Part shown: positions 47,509 through 55,900 of the stretch, piece after piece | Numbering within the stretch: position 1 is the first letter of the stretch | Layout: every line of letters starts with the position of its first letter | Assembly: GCA_963713145.1 (NCBI GenBank) | Contig: CAVQKI010000006.1 | Location: forward strand, 74,369 to 138,368 | DNA from: an uncultured Thermoplasmata archaeon | GTDB taxonomy: Archaea; Thermoplasmatota; Thermoplasmata; Lutacidiplasmatales; UBA184 | Reading direction: 5' to 3' | Length of the DNA: 64,000 nt | Made by a program: the position numbers and the translations under genes | Notes under the pieces: generated by a model | What the model saw: the letters and a program-made list of their open reading frames with translations, nothing else | Database searches by the model: none | What the model was told of the DNA's origin: nothing

Positions 47509-49397
47509 TAGGCGCCCCCGGCAGGTCCGCCGCCGGTGGTTCCGCCCGAAACCCGCAGGATCGCCCGGCGGAGCTCCTCCGCGACCTCCCGACCGTCGCG
47601 ACGTCCACGGACCTCGCGCATGACGTCCCCCATCAACGGCATGAACGCGTCGTTGCCGCGTTCTCGGATCAACGGAGCCTGGGCGCGGACGATCCGGTCC
47701 ACGAGGGTGGCCAGCGCCTCGGCGGTGAGCCCCTCGAGCCCGGTCGCGGCGATCGCCGCATCCACGTCGGGCGCGCCGCGGGCGAGGGCCTGGAGCACAC
47801 GCGGTATCCCCTCCTTGCCGAACCGGCCCGCGTTCGCGGCCGTAAGGACCTGATCGAGACGCTCGACCGACGGTTCGAACGCCACCCCGTCCGGGCCGGG
47901 CGCGATCGCGGGAACGTCCTGCGCTAGGAGCCGCACGACGAGGGCCGGGGAGTGGCCCCGGGCCGTGAGCGCCTCGAACGTGTCTGCGAACCCGCCGTAC
48001 ACGACCTGGCGAACGAGCTCGCGATTGAGCCCGTGCTGGCGCTCCATGCGATCCATTCGGGCGGCGGGTCGCTCGGGGAGCGAGGCCCGGAGTCGCTCGA
48101 GTCGGGCGTTCGTGATCGGGATCGGAGGGATGTCGGTCTCGGGGTACATCCTGTGGCGCCCCGGCAGCGGGCGGGAGTAGCGGGTCCGTCCGTCCGGCAG
48201 CGGGTCACGAGTCTCTCCCGGTATCCCCTCGACGGCGGAGGTCGCACGGGTCCCGATGCGATGGAGGGCAAGCCTCCCACGCTCGGCGGAGGCATCCGCG
48301 ACGAGCACGAACGCATCCTTCTCGCCCAGGCCGAGGTGCGTCCGAAGGGCCGCGATGTCTGCGTCGGTGATCCCGTAGCCTGGGAGCTCGTCCGAGTGGA
48401 TCAGCCCCCGGAGGCCGACCGCGCGGGCCTGGTCGGCCAGTTCCCGTCCGAGGCGCTCCTCCGTGCCCGGGATCGGCCCCAGGAGTCCGGCGAACCCGCG
48501 CAGCGGGAGCGCGAGGACCGGACCGCCCTTTCGGGCGCTCGAGGAGAGCGGGCCGGACGCGATCTTGTGCAGAAGGGGTGTTACGTCAACCGGCGATACG
48601 CTCCCGACGGAGGCCCCGCGGAGGTGGAGCTCGTCGCGGACGGAAAGAAGCGCCCTCTGTCGGCCCGCCTCCCCGTCCGCGTAGTCGGAGAGCTTCCGCA
48701 GCTCCTGGACCCCCTTGATCTCGATGCGGTGGCCGCCCTCGATCGAGACGTTCAGGTCCTCGCGGATCGTGCCGATGCCTCGGCGAACCCGGCCGGTCGC
48801 GCGGAGCAGAGCGCCGATCTCCTCGGCGACCTCGCGAGCCTCGGGGCCGGAGGAGATGTCGGGACCGGTAGCGATCTCGACCAGCGGGATCCCCAGCCGG
48901 TCGAGCCGGTAAACGATCTCTCCCGCACCCTCGCCGGCCTTGCGGGCTGCATCCTCCTCCAGGCAGATCGACAGGATCTCGTGCTGCTTCCCGCGCACCT
49001 CCAGGCTCCCGTCCACGGCCACGAGGGCGGTCCGCTGGAAACCGGAGGTGTTCGAGCCGTCGACAACGATCTTGCGCATCACCGCGACCTCGTCGACCGG
49101 CCGCGCGCCCAGGAGAAGCGCGAGCGTGAGCGCAACGTCCAGCGCCTCCTCCGAGAGGGCGTGGGGCGGCTCTTCGTCCATCTCGACCAGGCAATCGAGA
49201 GGGCCGAACTCGTACCGGTAGGAGAGGCCACGGGAGGCTTCGAACGCCGCGGCGGGGTCGACCCGTCGGTCCTCGCCGCTCGAGGGACGCAGCCGTCTCG
49301 AGAACGACCCGAGGGTCTCGTCCGAGAGCTCGGAAGGGCATCGGCAAAACAGCTTGCCGGTCGCGAGCTGCTGGTGGACCTCGAGGCCGACCTTCAC
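47508..49397 (-). CDS. gatE: Glu-tRNA(Gln) amidotransferase subunit E
   Basis: The GTG at 49397 gives VKVGLEVHQQLATGKLFCRCPSE, and 630 aa is the expected size. The GTG overlaps the gatD TGA (GTGA). The upstream 180 codons of the track ORF overlap gatD and are rejected. Confidence 0.9.
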   Translation of the reverse strand: MKVGLEVHQQLATGKLFCRCPSELSDETLGSFSRRLRPSSGEDRRVDPAAAFEASRGLSYRYEFGPLDCLVEMDEEPPHALSEEALDVALTLALLLGARPVDEVAVMRKIVVDGSNTSGFQRTALVAVDGSLEVRGKQHEILSICLEEDAARKAGEGAGEIVYRLDRLGIPLVEIATGPDISSGPEAREVAEEIGALLRATGRVRRGIGTIREDLNVSIEGGHRIEIKGVQELRKLSDYADGEAGRQRALLSVRDELHLRGASVGSVSPVDVTPLLHKIASGPLSSSARKGGPVLALPLRGFAGLLGPIPGTEERLGRELADQARAVGLRGLIHSDELPGYGITDADIAALRTHLGLGEKDAFVLVADASAERGRLALHRIGTRATSAVEGIPGETRDPLPDGRTRYSRPLPGRHRMYPETDIPPIPITNARLERLRASLPERPAARMDRMERQHGLNRELVRQVVYGGFADTFEALTARGHSPALVVRLLAQDVPAIAPGPDGVAFEPSVERLDQVLTAANAGRFGKEGIPRVLQALARGAPDVDAAIAATGLEGLTAEALATLVDRIVRAQAPLIRERGNDAFMPLMGDVMREVRGRRDGREVAEELRRAILRVSGGTTGGGPAGGA

Positions 49398-50710
49398 GCT
49401 TGGTCCTCCTGCCGGTGCCGCCGGAGGAACTCGCCGGCGCGGTCCCGGGTCATCAGTTCGCGAACCTCGGAGGCGGTCTTCGCACGGCCCAGCGCCCACA
49501 CGAGCTTCGCGTAGGCCGTCTCGGGAAGGAGGTCGTCCAGGTAGAGCACGCCCGCCCGCAGAAGCTCCCGGCCGGTGGCGTAGACGTACGGGTCCGCGCC
49601 GCCTTCGAGGCACTGGGTCGTCATCGCGACGACCACCCCCTGCGTGGTGAGCGTCCGCGCCCACTCGATCAAGGACGACCGGATGTGCCCGAGGCCTGTT
49701 CCGGCGAGGACTATTCCTCGGAGGCCCTCCGAGAACGACCGGGCCCGTTCGGGCGTGAGCCCGGGATAGAACCAGAGGAGGCCGGCCTTGTCGTCGATCG
49801 GTCCTTCCACCCGGGCAGGGCCGGCGGAAGGGGCTCGAACGACCGGGAGGAGGTGGACCTTGCCTCCTTCCACGGTCCCGAGCGGGGGGCCATTGCGGCT
49901 CTCGAAGGCGTCCCGCCGGCTCGAATGCATCTTTCGCACCCACGTTCCCCGGTGGATCGCGAACCGGTCGTCCGAGAACCCCGCGTGCATCACGACCACC
50001 ACCTCTCCGAGCCGGCGGTCGCGGGCGACGGTGGCGGCCGCCTCCAGGTTGGAGGGGCCGTCGGACGACGGGCGGTCGGGGGAACGCTGAGCGCCCACGA
50101 GGACGACGGGTCCCGGGAGGTCAGCGAGGAGGAAGCTCAAGCCCGCGGCCGTGAACCCGAGCGTGTCGGTGCCGTGGGCGATTACCACGCCGCGAGCTCC
50201 CTTGCGGAACGCTGCCACGACGTCGTTTGCCAGGATCACCCAGTCCGGTGGACCCACGTCCTCGCTGAGCCGGTCGAAGACGGGTACGATGCGGACGGCG
50301 CCGGAGTTCTTTAGCTCGGGATAGAACGCGAGGATCTCGTTCTCGTCGCTGACCGGCCGAACGCCTCCCGTGTCGTAGTCGACCCGCGAAGCGATCGTCC
50401 CTCCCGTCGTAAGGAGGGTGATCCAGCCGTCACTCTCGACGGCCGCGGACGCCGCGGGCGGGGGCGACGCAGGGTGGTGTTCCGGCGGCGGATGGGAAAT
50501 GACACGGAACGTCGTCCGGGAATCCACCGCGACGCCGACGTTGTAGCCGCTCTCGAGCTTAAGAGAAACGATACGCGAGCCCGACAGCTCGTGGGAGGGG
50601 ACGATCGTTCCGTTCCAGGTATGTCCGCGGGAGTCAAGGATCTCGACCTTCTGCCCGCGCGGCAGCGCGGAAAGGGCCGCGAACGGGTCGCTGCTCGGGC
50701 CGTCGACCAT
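49394..50710 (-). CDS. gatD: Glu-tRNA(Gln) amidotransferase subunit D (asparaginase-like)
   Basis: LLTTGGTIAS, VIAHGTDTLGFTA, VVLVGAQRS and GTGLGH. Confidence 0.9.
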   Translation of the reverse strand: MVDGPSSDPFAALSALPRGQKVEILDSRGHTWNGTIVPSHELSGSRIVSLKLESGYNVGVAVDSRTTFRVISHPPPEHHPASPPPAASAAVESDGWITLLTTGGTIASRVDYDTGGVRPVSDENEILAFYPELKNSGAVRIVPVFDRLSEDVGPPDWVILANDVVAAFRKGARGVVIAHGTDTLGFTAAGLSFLLADLPGPVVLVGAQRSPDRPSSDGPSNLEAAATVARDRRLGEVVVVMHAGFSDDRFAIHRGTWVRKMHSSRRDAFESRNGPPLGTVEGGKVHLLPVVRAPSAGPARVEGPIDDKAGLLWFYPGLTPERARSFSEGLRGIVLAGTGLGHIRSSLIEWARTLTTQGVVVAMTTQCLEGGADPYVYATGRELLRAGVLYLDDLLPETAYAKLVWALGRAKTASEVRELMTRDRAGEFLRRHRQEDQA

Positions 50711-50791
50711 GCGAGCAGTACCCCCTCCTCGCGCACGGACGCGCCGACCGGTATAAAGTGTGGCGCGCGCGAGCGGCCCGGCGTGCCCGGG

Positions 50792-50799
50792 CTTTTATA
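50792..50799 (+). promoter_or_regulatory. TATA-like box TTTTATAG upstream of tRNA-Arg
   Basis: It lies 46-53 nt upstream of the tRNA 5' end and is the only A/T box in the gap. Confidence 0.3.
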
Positions 50800-50844
50800 G
50801 CGACCCCCGCTCGGCGGCGAACAAGCGCTCGAAGGAGCGACGAT

Positions 50845-50953
50845 GCCCGTGTGGGGTAGCTACGGTATTGGGGCAAACTCCCCGCACCGCTGCACTGGAT
50901 TATCCTAGAGGCCTGCGGAGCCTCAGACCTGGGTTCGAATCCCAGCACGGGCG
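50845..50953 (+). tRNA. tRNA-Arg (anticodon GCG at 50915-50917) with an insert of about 34 nt (about 50861-50894) in the D-loop
   Basis: Acceptor GCCCGTG / CACGGGC. T8 G9. D-stem GGGT/TCCT with A21. Anticodon arm GAGGC-CTGCGGA-GCCTC. 4-nt variable loop. T-arm CTGGG-TTCGAAT-CCCAG. Discriminator G. No encoded CCA. Confidence 0.7.
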
Positions 50954-50983
50954 TCTAACCCCTTATTCGAATAACTCATATCC

Positions 50984-52318
50984 TTGGCCGACTTTGCCTC
51001 CTTTGGCATGGCGCAACGCAGGGACCACCGCCCCCTTCTTTCGACTGAGAAGATTCGTACATGGTACGACGAGAATGCCCTGCGATCAAGACTTACGGCG
51101 GAGGTCAACTTGCGGCAACTTGGCTTGTTCTGCAACGTAGCCAAGACTGACCCGATCACGCTTGCCCGCCTCGCTCGGTCCGACCCGGCCCGTCTGCGCC
51201 AGGTTCTTGTCCGGTACGCCAGAGGTCTCCAGGATTCCGAGCGACTGCCTAGCTACATCGCAAAAACATTCGTAGGAATCAAAGGGTGGCTCCGATTCAA
51301 CCAGATTGAGTTTGACCAGTTCCCGCGACTCAGGGTAGTCCAAGGTGAGTCCATCCGGGAGGAGCGTGTTCCTACTCAAGAGGAACTCAGGAGGATCCTC
51401 TCGACCTACTCAGCTCGGAGTCGTGTCGTTGCGCTCTTCATGGCCCACACCGGCGTCCGACCCGGGGTTCTCGCGACCATCGACGGAAGCGACGGCCTCA
51501 GACTCGGCGACCTGAAGGATCTCGAGCTCGGGACCGAAACCAAGTTCGACCGCGTACCGTTTCACTTGGTTGTTCCGGCTCGGCTCTCTAAGACCTCGGC
51601 CGAGTACCATACATTTGGCACGCCCGAGCTCGCGGACGCACTGCTCGGCTACATGGCTCGGAGAAGGGCCGCGGGTGAAATCCTTGGCCCTTCTTCTCCG
51701 GTGGTGACGGTCGACGCGATGGGGGCGGGGACCAAGCTACGGAAGAATTCGAGGACCGGGTTCGTTACCACTCCGGTGATGATGCGTGCGCTCCGCGACG
51801 GCCTCAAGGCGATTCTTCCGAGCGCGCGGACCTACGTCTTCCGTGCGTACTGCTCGACTCAAATGGTCTCGGCTCGAATCGACCGGGATGTCCGCGAGGC
51901 GATCTTAGGGCACTCCCTCGGGGTTAGTGGCCGCTACAACCTGTCGAAGAAGCTCCACCCCGCCGTGATTGAAGAACTGCGCAAGGAGTACGCGAAGGCT
52001 ATTCCCCACCTCGAGTCAGGACGCCAGAAGGAGGACCGCGCGACTGTCCTTGAGGGCGTCGTCGCTGCGCTTCTCAAGGAGAAGGGCGTCAAGGACGACA
52101 CGATCTCGGCCGTTTTGGAGGGGAAGGTTGCGGGCGATCAGCTCGAGAGGATTCTGGGCTCGCGCAAGGCGCAGCCTATCGAGCGAGTCGTACACACAAC
52201 CGGAGTGCAGGCTCTTCTCCTCCAAGGCTGGGAGTTCGTGTCTCCGGTCGGCGACGACCAGGCAGTTGTCAGGTGGTCGCAGGGCGCGCCGGTTGAGGTA
52301 CCGGCCGCCGCGCCATAG
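50984..52318 (+). CDS. tyrosine recombinase / phage-type integrase
   Basis: ALFMAHTGVRPGVLATIDGSDGLRLGDL (Arg box), HLVVPARLSKTS, TYVFRAYCSTQM and REAILGHSLGVSGRYN (His ... Tyr). The listed start is a TTG at 50984; the ATG at 51008 is more likely. Confidence 0.8.
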   Translation: MADFASFGMAQRRDHRPLLSTEKIRTWYDENALRSRLTAEVNLRQLGLFCNVAKTDPITLARLARSDPARLRQVLVRYARGLQDSERLPSYIAKTFVGIKGWLRFNQIEFDQFPRLRVVQGESIREERVPTQEELRRILSTYSARSRVVALFMAHTGVRPGVLATIDGSDGLRLGDLKDLELGTETKFDRVPFHLVVPARLSKTSAEYHTFGTPELADALLGYMARRRAAGEILGPSSPVVTVDAMGAGTKLRKNSRTGFVTTPVMMRALRDGLKAILPSARTYVFRAYCSTQMVSARIDRDVREAILGHSLGVSGRYNLSKKLHPAVIEELRKEYAKAIPHLESGRQKEDRATVLEGVVAALLKEKGVKDDTISAVLEGKVAGDQLERILGSRKAQPIERVVHTTGVQALLLQGWEFVSPVGDDQAVVRWSQGAPVEVPAAAP

Positions 52319-52724
52319 CCGTTCACTCCGGCCTTCGGCGCTATCGGCGGGTCCACGTCCAATCGGACTCCATTCGAAAGGGTCGCGGTCTGCGTGTACG
52401 ACATTCCAGGGGGGGCATTGAGAATCCCCCCGGTAGGAAAAGGTCCCTACCGCTGAATGGGCGGCCAAGAGGCAGGTAAGGTGCCCGATTCCGGCCGCGC
52501 GAACCCCGCCGCGCCGCGGCTAACGACGCGCACCTCTGCTCGCGCGGTTCGCGATCCGACCGGGGGGCCAGGGGGAGGGCGTCTCGCGAGAACGCGCGCG
52601 TCTGCGCGACCGCGGGTTGGATGGGGGACGCGCGCTGGCGAGGGAGGGCCGCGGTCTGCACGAGGGTTCGGCCCGGGTCGAAGTCGCCCTCGACTGGTTG
52701 ACGAGGCGGCTCGGCGAGTCAGCC

Positions 52725-53105
52725 CTAGATCACATGTGCCAAGGTTAGTGCCCCGACGATACCGATGAAAGCCCCTATTGGGACGATTACCTGCCACCTC
52801 CGACCTTTCAACGGTCCGGCTTCGAGGGCTCCTAGGAGCGTTACGAACACTCCGTTGAGAATCACATTGCTCCCAACTGGGGCTACGACGATGAGCGCCG
52901 TTCCGAAGAACAGAAGGGCCAACCCGCCGACGAAGCCAGCGCGTACCCGCACCCCGCGGGCCGTGATTGGCGTGGGCGGGGTCGCGGGTGGAACGACTGA
53001 GAACCCGCATTTTCTGCAGAACTGCGTGCCGGGCGAGTTGTACGCACCGCAACGAGTGCAGAAGGAAGACGCCACATTGACTTCAATCTCACCGATTGTA
53101 TACAA
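52725..53105 (-). CDS. membrane protein with N-terminal zinc ribbon and 3 TM helices
   Basis: FCTRCGAYNSPGTQFCRKCGF, then the Pro-rich stretch PPATPPTPI, then hydrophobic helices. Confidence 0.6.
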   Translation of the reverse strand: MYTIGEIEVNVASSFCTRCGAYNSPGTQFCRKCGFSVVPPATPPTPITARGVRVRAGFVGGLALLFFGTALIVVAPVGSNVILNGVFVTLLGALEAGPLKGRRWQVIVPIGAFIGIVGALTLAHVI

Positions 53106-53214
53106 CCTTCGAATCGCGGAGCCTCCTGACTGAACCCCTCGCTGCCACCGTTAGATCCTGACCACAAACCTGAATGAACCCCAGCGGCCTGCGCCCGAAC
53201 GAGGTGACCCATTC

Positions 53215-53767
53215 TTGTTCGACTTGACGGACTTCCGTACCAAGCGCATCGCCGAGCTAAAGCGACGGGGCCGCTGGATGGTTGCCGCGAGCATCCCGAT
53301 CTTCGCGCTGTGGATCTCGCTGACGCTCGGGACATCAGATTACGGCCACCACATCCCGACCTGGGCCCAAACGGCCTTCCTCGTCCTCTTCCTATGCGTT
53401 CCAGTTGCGATGGTTGTCCTCGGAATGGGCTGGACGGACTCGTACCCACAGAACCTCCGGGATCGATTCTGCGGGTGCGACATTGGATTGGCGAGGGGGG
53501 AAGAACCGAACGCTCCTCTGGACCAACGCCTACAGCTGGTTCGAACTTCTCTACATGCCGCCGGCCCAACAAAGGAAGGGCACCCTTACGTCGTCTCGGT
53601 ACTACATGGCGGGTCCCAGCGGGCTAGTTACCAGCATGTTCCTGATACCAGAGCCAGCGTTCGTCCGGCTCCTCGATGGTGCGCGGGAGGCTGGGGTCGC
53701 CATAGACGAGTCGATAAGGCCCGGGGGTTCCCACTTTTACTTCGTGAAAGGCCGAAGGGCGCTTTGA
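53215..53767 (+). CDS. hypothetical membrane protein (2 TM), frame break near 53520
   Basis: A TTG-start N-terminal part with WMVAASIPIFALWISLTLG and TAFLVLFLCVPVAMVVLGMG continues in the 53405..53767 frame (WTNAYSWFELLYMPP...FLIPEPAFVRLLDGAREAGV). A competing antisense ORF exists at 53624..53992. Confidence 0.3.
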
Positions 53768-53947
53768 GCCGGGGGCGGTTCCCGACCTGGCCCTGAAAGA
53801 CGGACCCCTTTCGAGGCTTCTATTCCAGCATGTCATTCCCTGGGAAACTGCACAGTGGCACGCAAAGATTGTAAGACCCGTCGGGCACTGACGTACGTCG
53901 ATGTCTTCTAACCGGCCAACCTCCGCGGCCCCTCGCAGACACGTCGG

Positions 53948-54247
53948 GTGCCGGCGCTCGCCGAGATGCGGCGGTTCGCGAGACCTCGCCAATGGGACGA
54001 ACTTGTGGAGGGACTAAGCCCGGTCTCCGGGTGGCTGGCCGTGGCCACGTTGGGCGGTGTCCTGCTGGGAAGCGGGGTCTTGCTTGATGTGGCCGCGCAG
54101 GGGGGTGCGCCGCTGGTGTTCGCAGGGGTCGTCATCCTCTTCTTCACCGCCATCGCATGGGCCGTCGCCTCGTGGCCATCCACCCTGGCCCTCATGGTCG
54201 GCGGCCTTGTCGATCTTACCCGCCGGTGTCCTCACTTGGCGGAGTAG
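53948..54247 (+). CDS. small membrane protein
   Basis: WLAVATLGGVLLGSGVLL and LVFAGVVILFFTAIAWAVASW. Confidence 0.4.
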   Translation: MPALAEMRRFARPRQWDELVEGLSPVSGWLAVATLGGVLLGSGVLLDVAAQGGAPLVFAGVVILFFTAIAWAVASWPSTLALMVGGLVDLTRRCPHLAE

Positions 54248-54454
54248 TTTGCCTATAGTCTAACCCCGCCCCGGTTCGTTCACACTCTCGTGCCCGGCGA
54301 CACCGACGCTCGGCTTCGTACCTGGGCATGTGCCTCGCGGGAGCGGCCCTGCTGGTATCAGGAAGCCTTCAGGGGGCCAGGCACTGGCGCGAGGAAAGCC
54401 CGGCCTCATAGGTAGCGTGACCCAGTGGTCCGGTTCGGTGGCACGCGTCTCTGG

Positions 54455-54778
54455 CTACGGCCTCGACACCTGGGCGGACTCTATGGCACCCGGCTCGCTC
54501 GAGGCTTTCTGCCGGAAAGGCACCCCTTCATCCCACGGGGAGACCTTCCACTCCCGCCTGCCGGGAGTCCGCAGGATGTAGGCGTCAGCAAGAAGGAGCA
54601 CCATCCCGATGAGAAGAAGGATCACGCCCCAGCCTTGAGCCGAAATTCCGAAGGACCCGCCCTCCCGCGCACAATCGGAAGGCTGCGGACAGACGGAGAC
54701 GAGTACCTCGATTCCAACTCCGAGAAAGAGGAGTATAGTTCCCGGGATGAGGGCGAGCAGTCGCCAAGTTCGGAACAT
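54455..54778 (-). CDS. small membrane protein (2 TM)
   Basis: WRLLALIPGTILLFLGVGIEVLV and GWGVILLLIGMVLLLADAYIL. Confidence 0.5.
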   Translation of the reverse strand: MFRTWRLLALIPGTILLFLGVGIEVLVSVCPQPSDCAREGGSFGISAQGWGVILLLIGMVLLLADAYILRTPGRREWKVSPWDEGVPFRQKASSEPGAIESAQVSRP

Positions 54779-54884
54779 GCTCGGGGCTCGCAGGTCCGGA
54801 ATGAATATGCCGCTTTGGGTCCGATATCGGGGTTGTCCCTGGAACTCCGCCGTCCCCTCTCTCGCGTGGTACTAATCGGCCCGT

Positions 54885-55670
54885 TCAAGCGCAGGGTCCG
54901 AGATAGTCAAACGCCCATCCCCCTCCAGGGCCGCCCAGCGCCGAAAGATTGTCGACAGCCCAGGTTCCGAAGCTCGGGGGGAAGTGATAGACAAAATCTT
55001 GGACATAGGGCAGGACGTACGACATGGTCAGGTTCCGTCCATCAAAGTTGAAGGGGATTCCGATAGTGAGGTATGCGGACTGAACCGGGAGCGCCATACC
55101 GCCCTCGCCACAAGTTGTGATGTTCGGAGCGTTTGCCACCGAGAAGCCGTTGTCGAAATACGAGACGTAGAAGAGATTCGAGGAAAGATCGTCGACGGAA
55201 AGATTGGTTGCCTCACCGGCGTCCGTCAGGTTCGAGATGGTCGGAATCTGGACGCCCCCGGACCCGTAGATATCAGAGTGTAGTGATACGGAGTACATCG
55301 CCCTGCACAGGTCGTTCGATCCGAGACCGGAGACCGTCGCATTCCGGAGTTGGAACAGACTCGCGTTGGAACTCTCGACGAAGATGCCGCCCGTCGTGCC
55401 GTTGGCGGTGGATGTGCCAATGCCCAGGAATTCTCCTGCAGGAGATGGAACCAAGCTGTGGGCGGTGCCGTTTGCTGACCCGCCGTAAGGAGAGTTAATC
55501 AAGATTGCCGGATCCCAGCGGTGCGCTTCTTGAGCCACCAGGTTCGAGTCTAGGCATGCCGTATGCTCTAACGGATTCCAAGTCCCGGAAAGCACCGTGA
55601 GTGATACCACCAACCCCAACGCGACTCCGGTAGCGATCGATGCGGATGCAAGCCTGGAGCGTCCGCGCAT
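54885..55670 (-). CDS. secreted sequon-rich protein of unknown function
   Basis: Signal/anchor MRGRSRLASASIATGVALGLVVSLTVL. Nine N-x-S/T sequons in about 260 aa (NGT x2, NAS, NAT, NLT x2, NLS x2, NIT). No family recognised. Confidence 0.6.
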   Translation of the reverse strand: MRGRSRLASASIATGVALGLVVSLTVLSGTWNPLEHTACLDSNLVAQEAHRWDPAILINSPYGGSANGTAHSLVPSPAGEFLGIGTSTANGTTGGIFVESSNASLFQLRNATVSGLGSNDLCRAMYSVSLHSDIYGSGGVQIPTISNLTDAGEATNLSVDDLSSNLFYVSYFDNGFSVANAPNITTCGEGGMALPVQSAYLTIGIPFNFDGRNLTMSYVLPYVQDFVYHFPPSFGTWAVDNLSALGGPGGGWAFDYLGPCA

Positions 55671-55880
55671 AGTGAAGCCCGCCAGATGCAGGGCGTCGAT
55701 GGCATTAGGCAATGAGGGCGAGCGGCCCTTCACGCAATCCACCCGTTTGCGAACGGTCGCGGGGATCGTAGTCGATTTGGTTACAGCAAGACCGGGTCGA
55801 AGCGATTAAGTTACAGAAGTCCAATTGCGGCACAACCTCGAGGTTTACGGAACCTTTAAATCCACGACCCAAGGGTAGTA

Positions 55881-55900
55881 AAATGCGCATAAATGCGCAT
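55881..55900. repeat. tandem duplication AAATGCGCAT x2 (two ATGCGCAT palindromes) spanning the start codon of the island thermopsin gene
   Basis: Read directly from the sequence. The second ATG (55893) opens the ORF. Confidence 0.9.

Noticed and set aside
49398-49943. N-terminal extension of track ORF 47508..49943 (gatE).
   Set aside because: It overlaps the 3' end of gatD in another frame. The conserved GatE N-terminus VKVGLEVHQQL starts at the GTG at 49397, which overlaps the gatD stop.
53624-53992. Minus-strand ORF of 122 aa ending ...FHEVKVGTPGPYRLVYGDPSLPRTIEEPDERWLWYQEHAGN.
   Set aside because: It competes with the plus-strand reading (FLIPEPAFVRLLDGAREAGVAIDESIRPGGSHFYFVKG) that continues an N-terminal 2-TM ORF. 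The N-terminal half of the minus ORF is Arg/Gly-rich noise. The case is unresolved and the plus reading is only weakly preferred.
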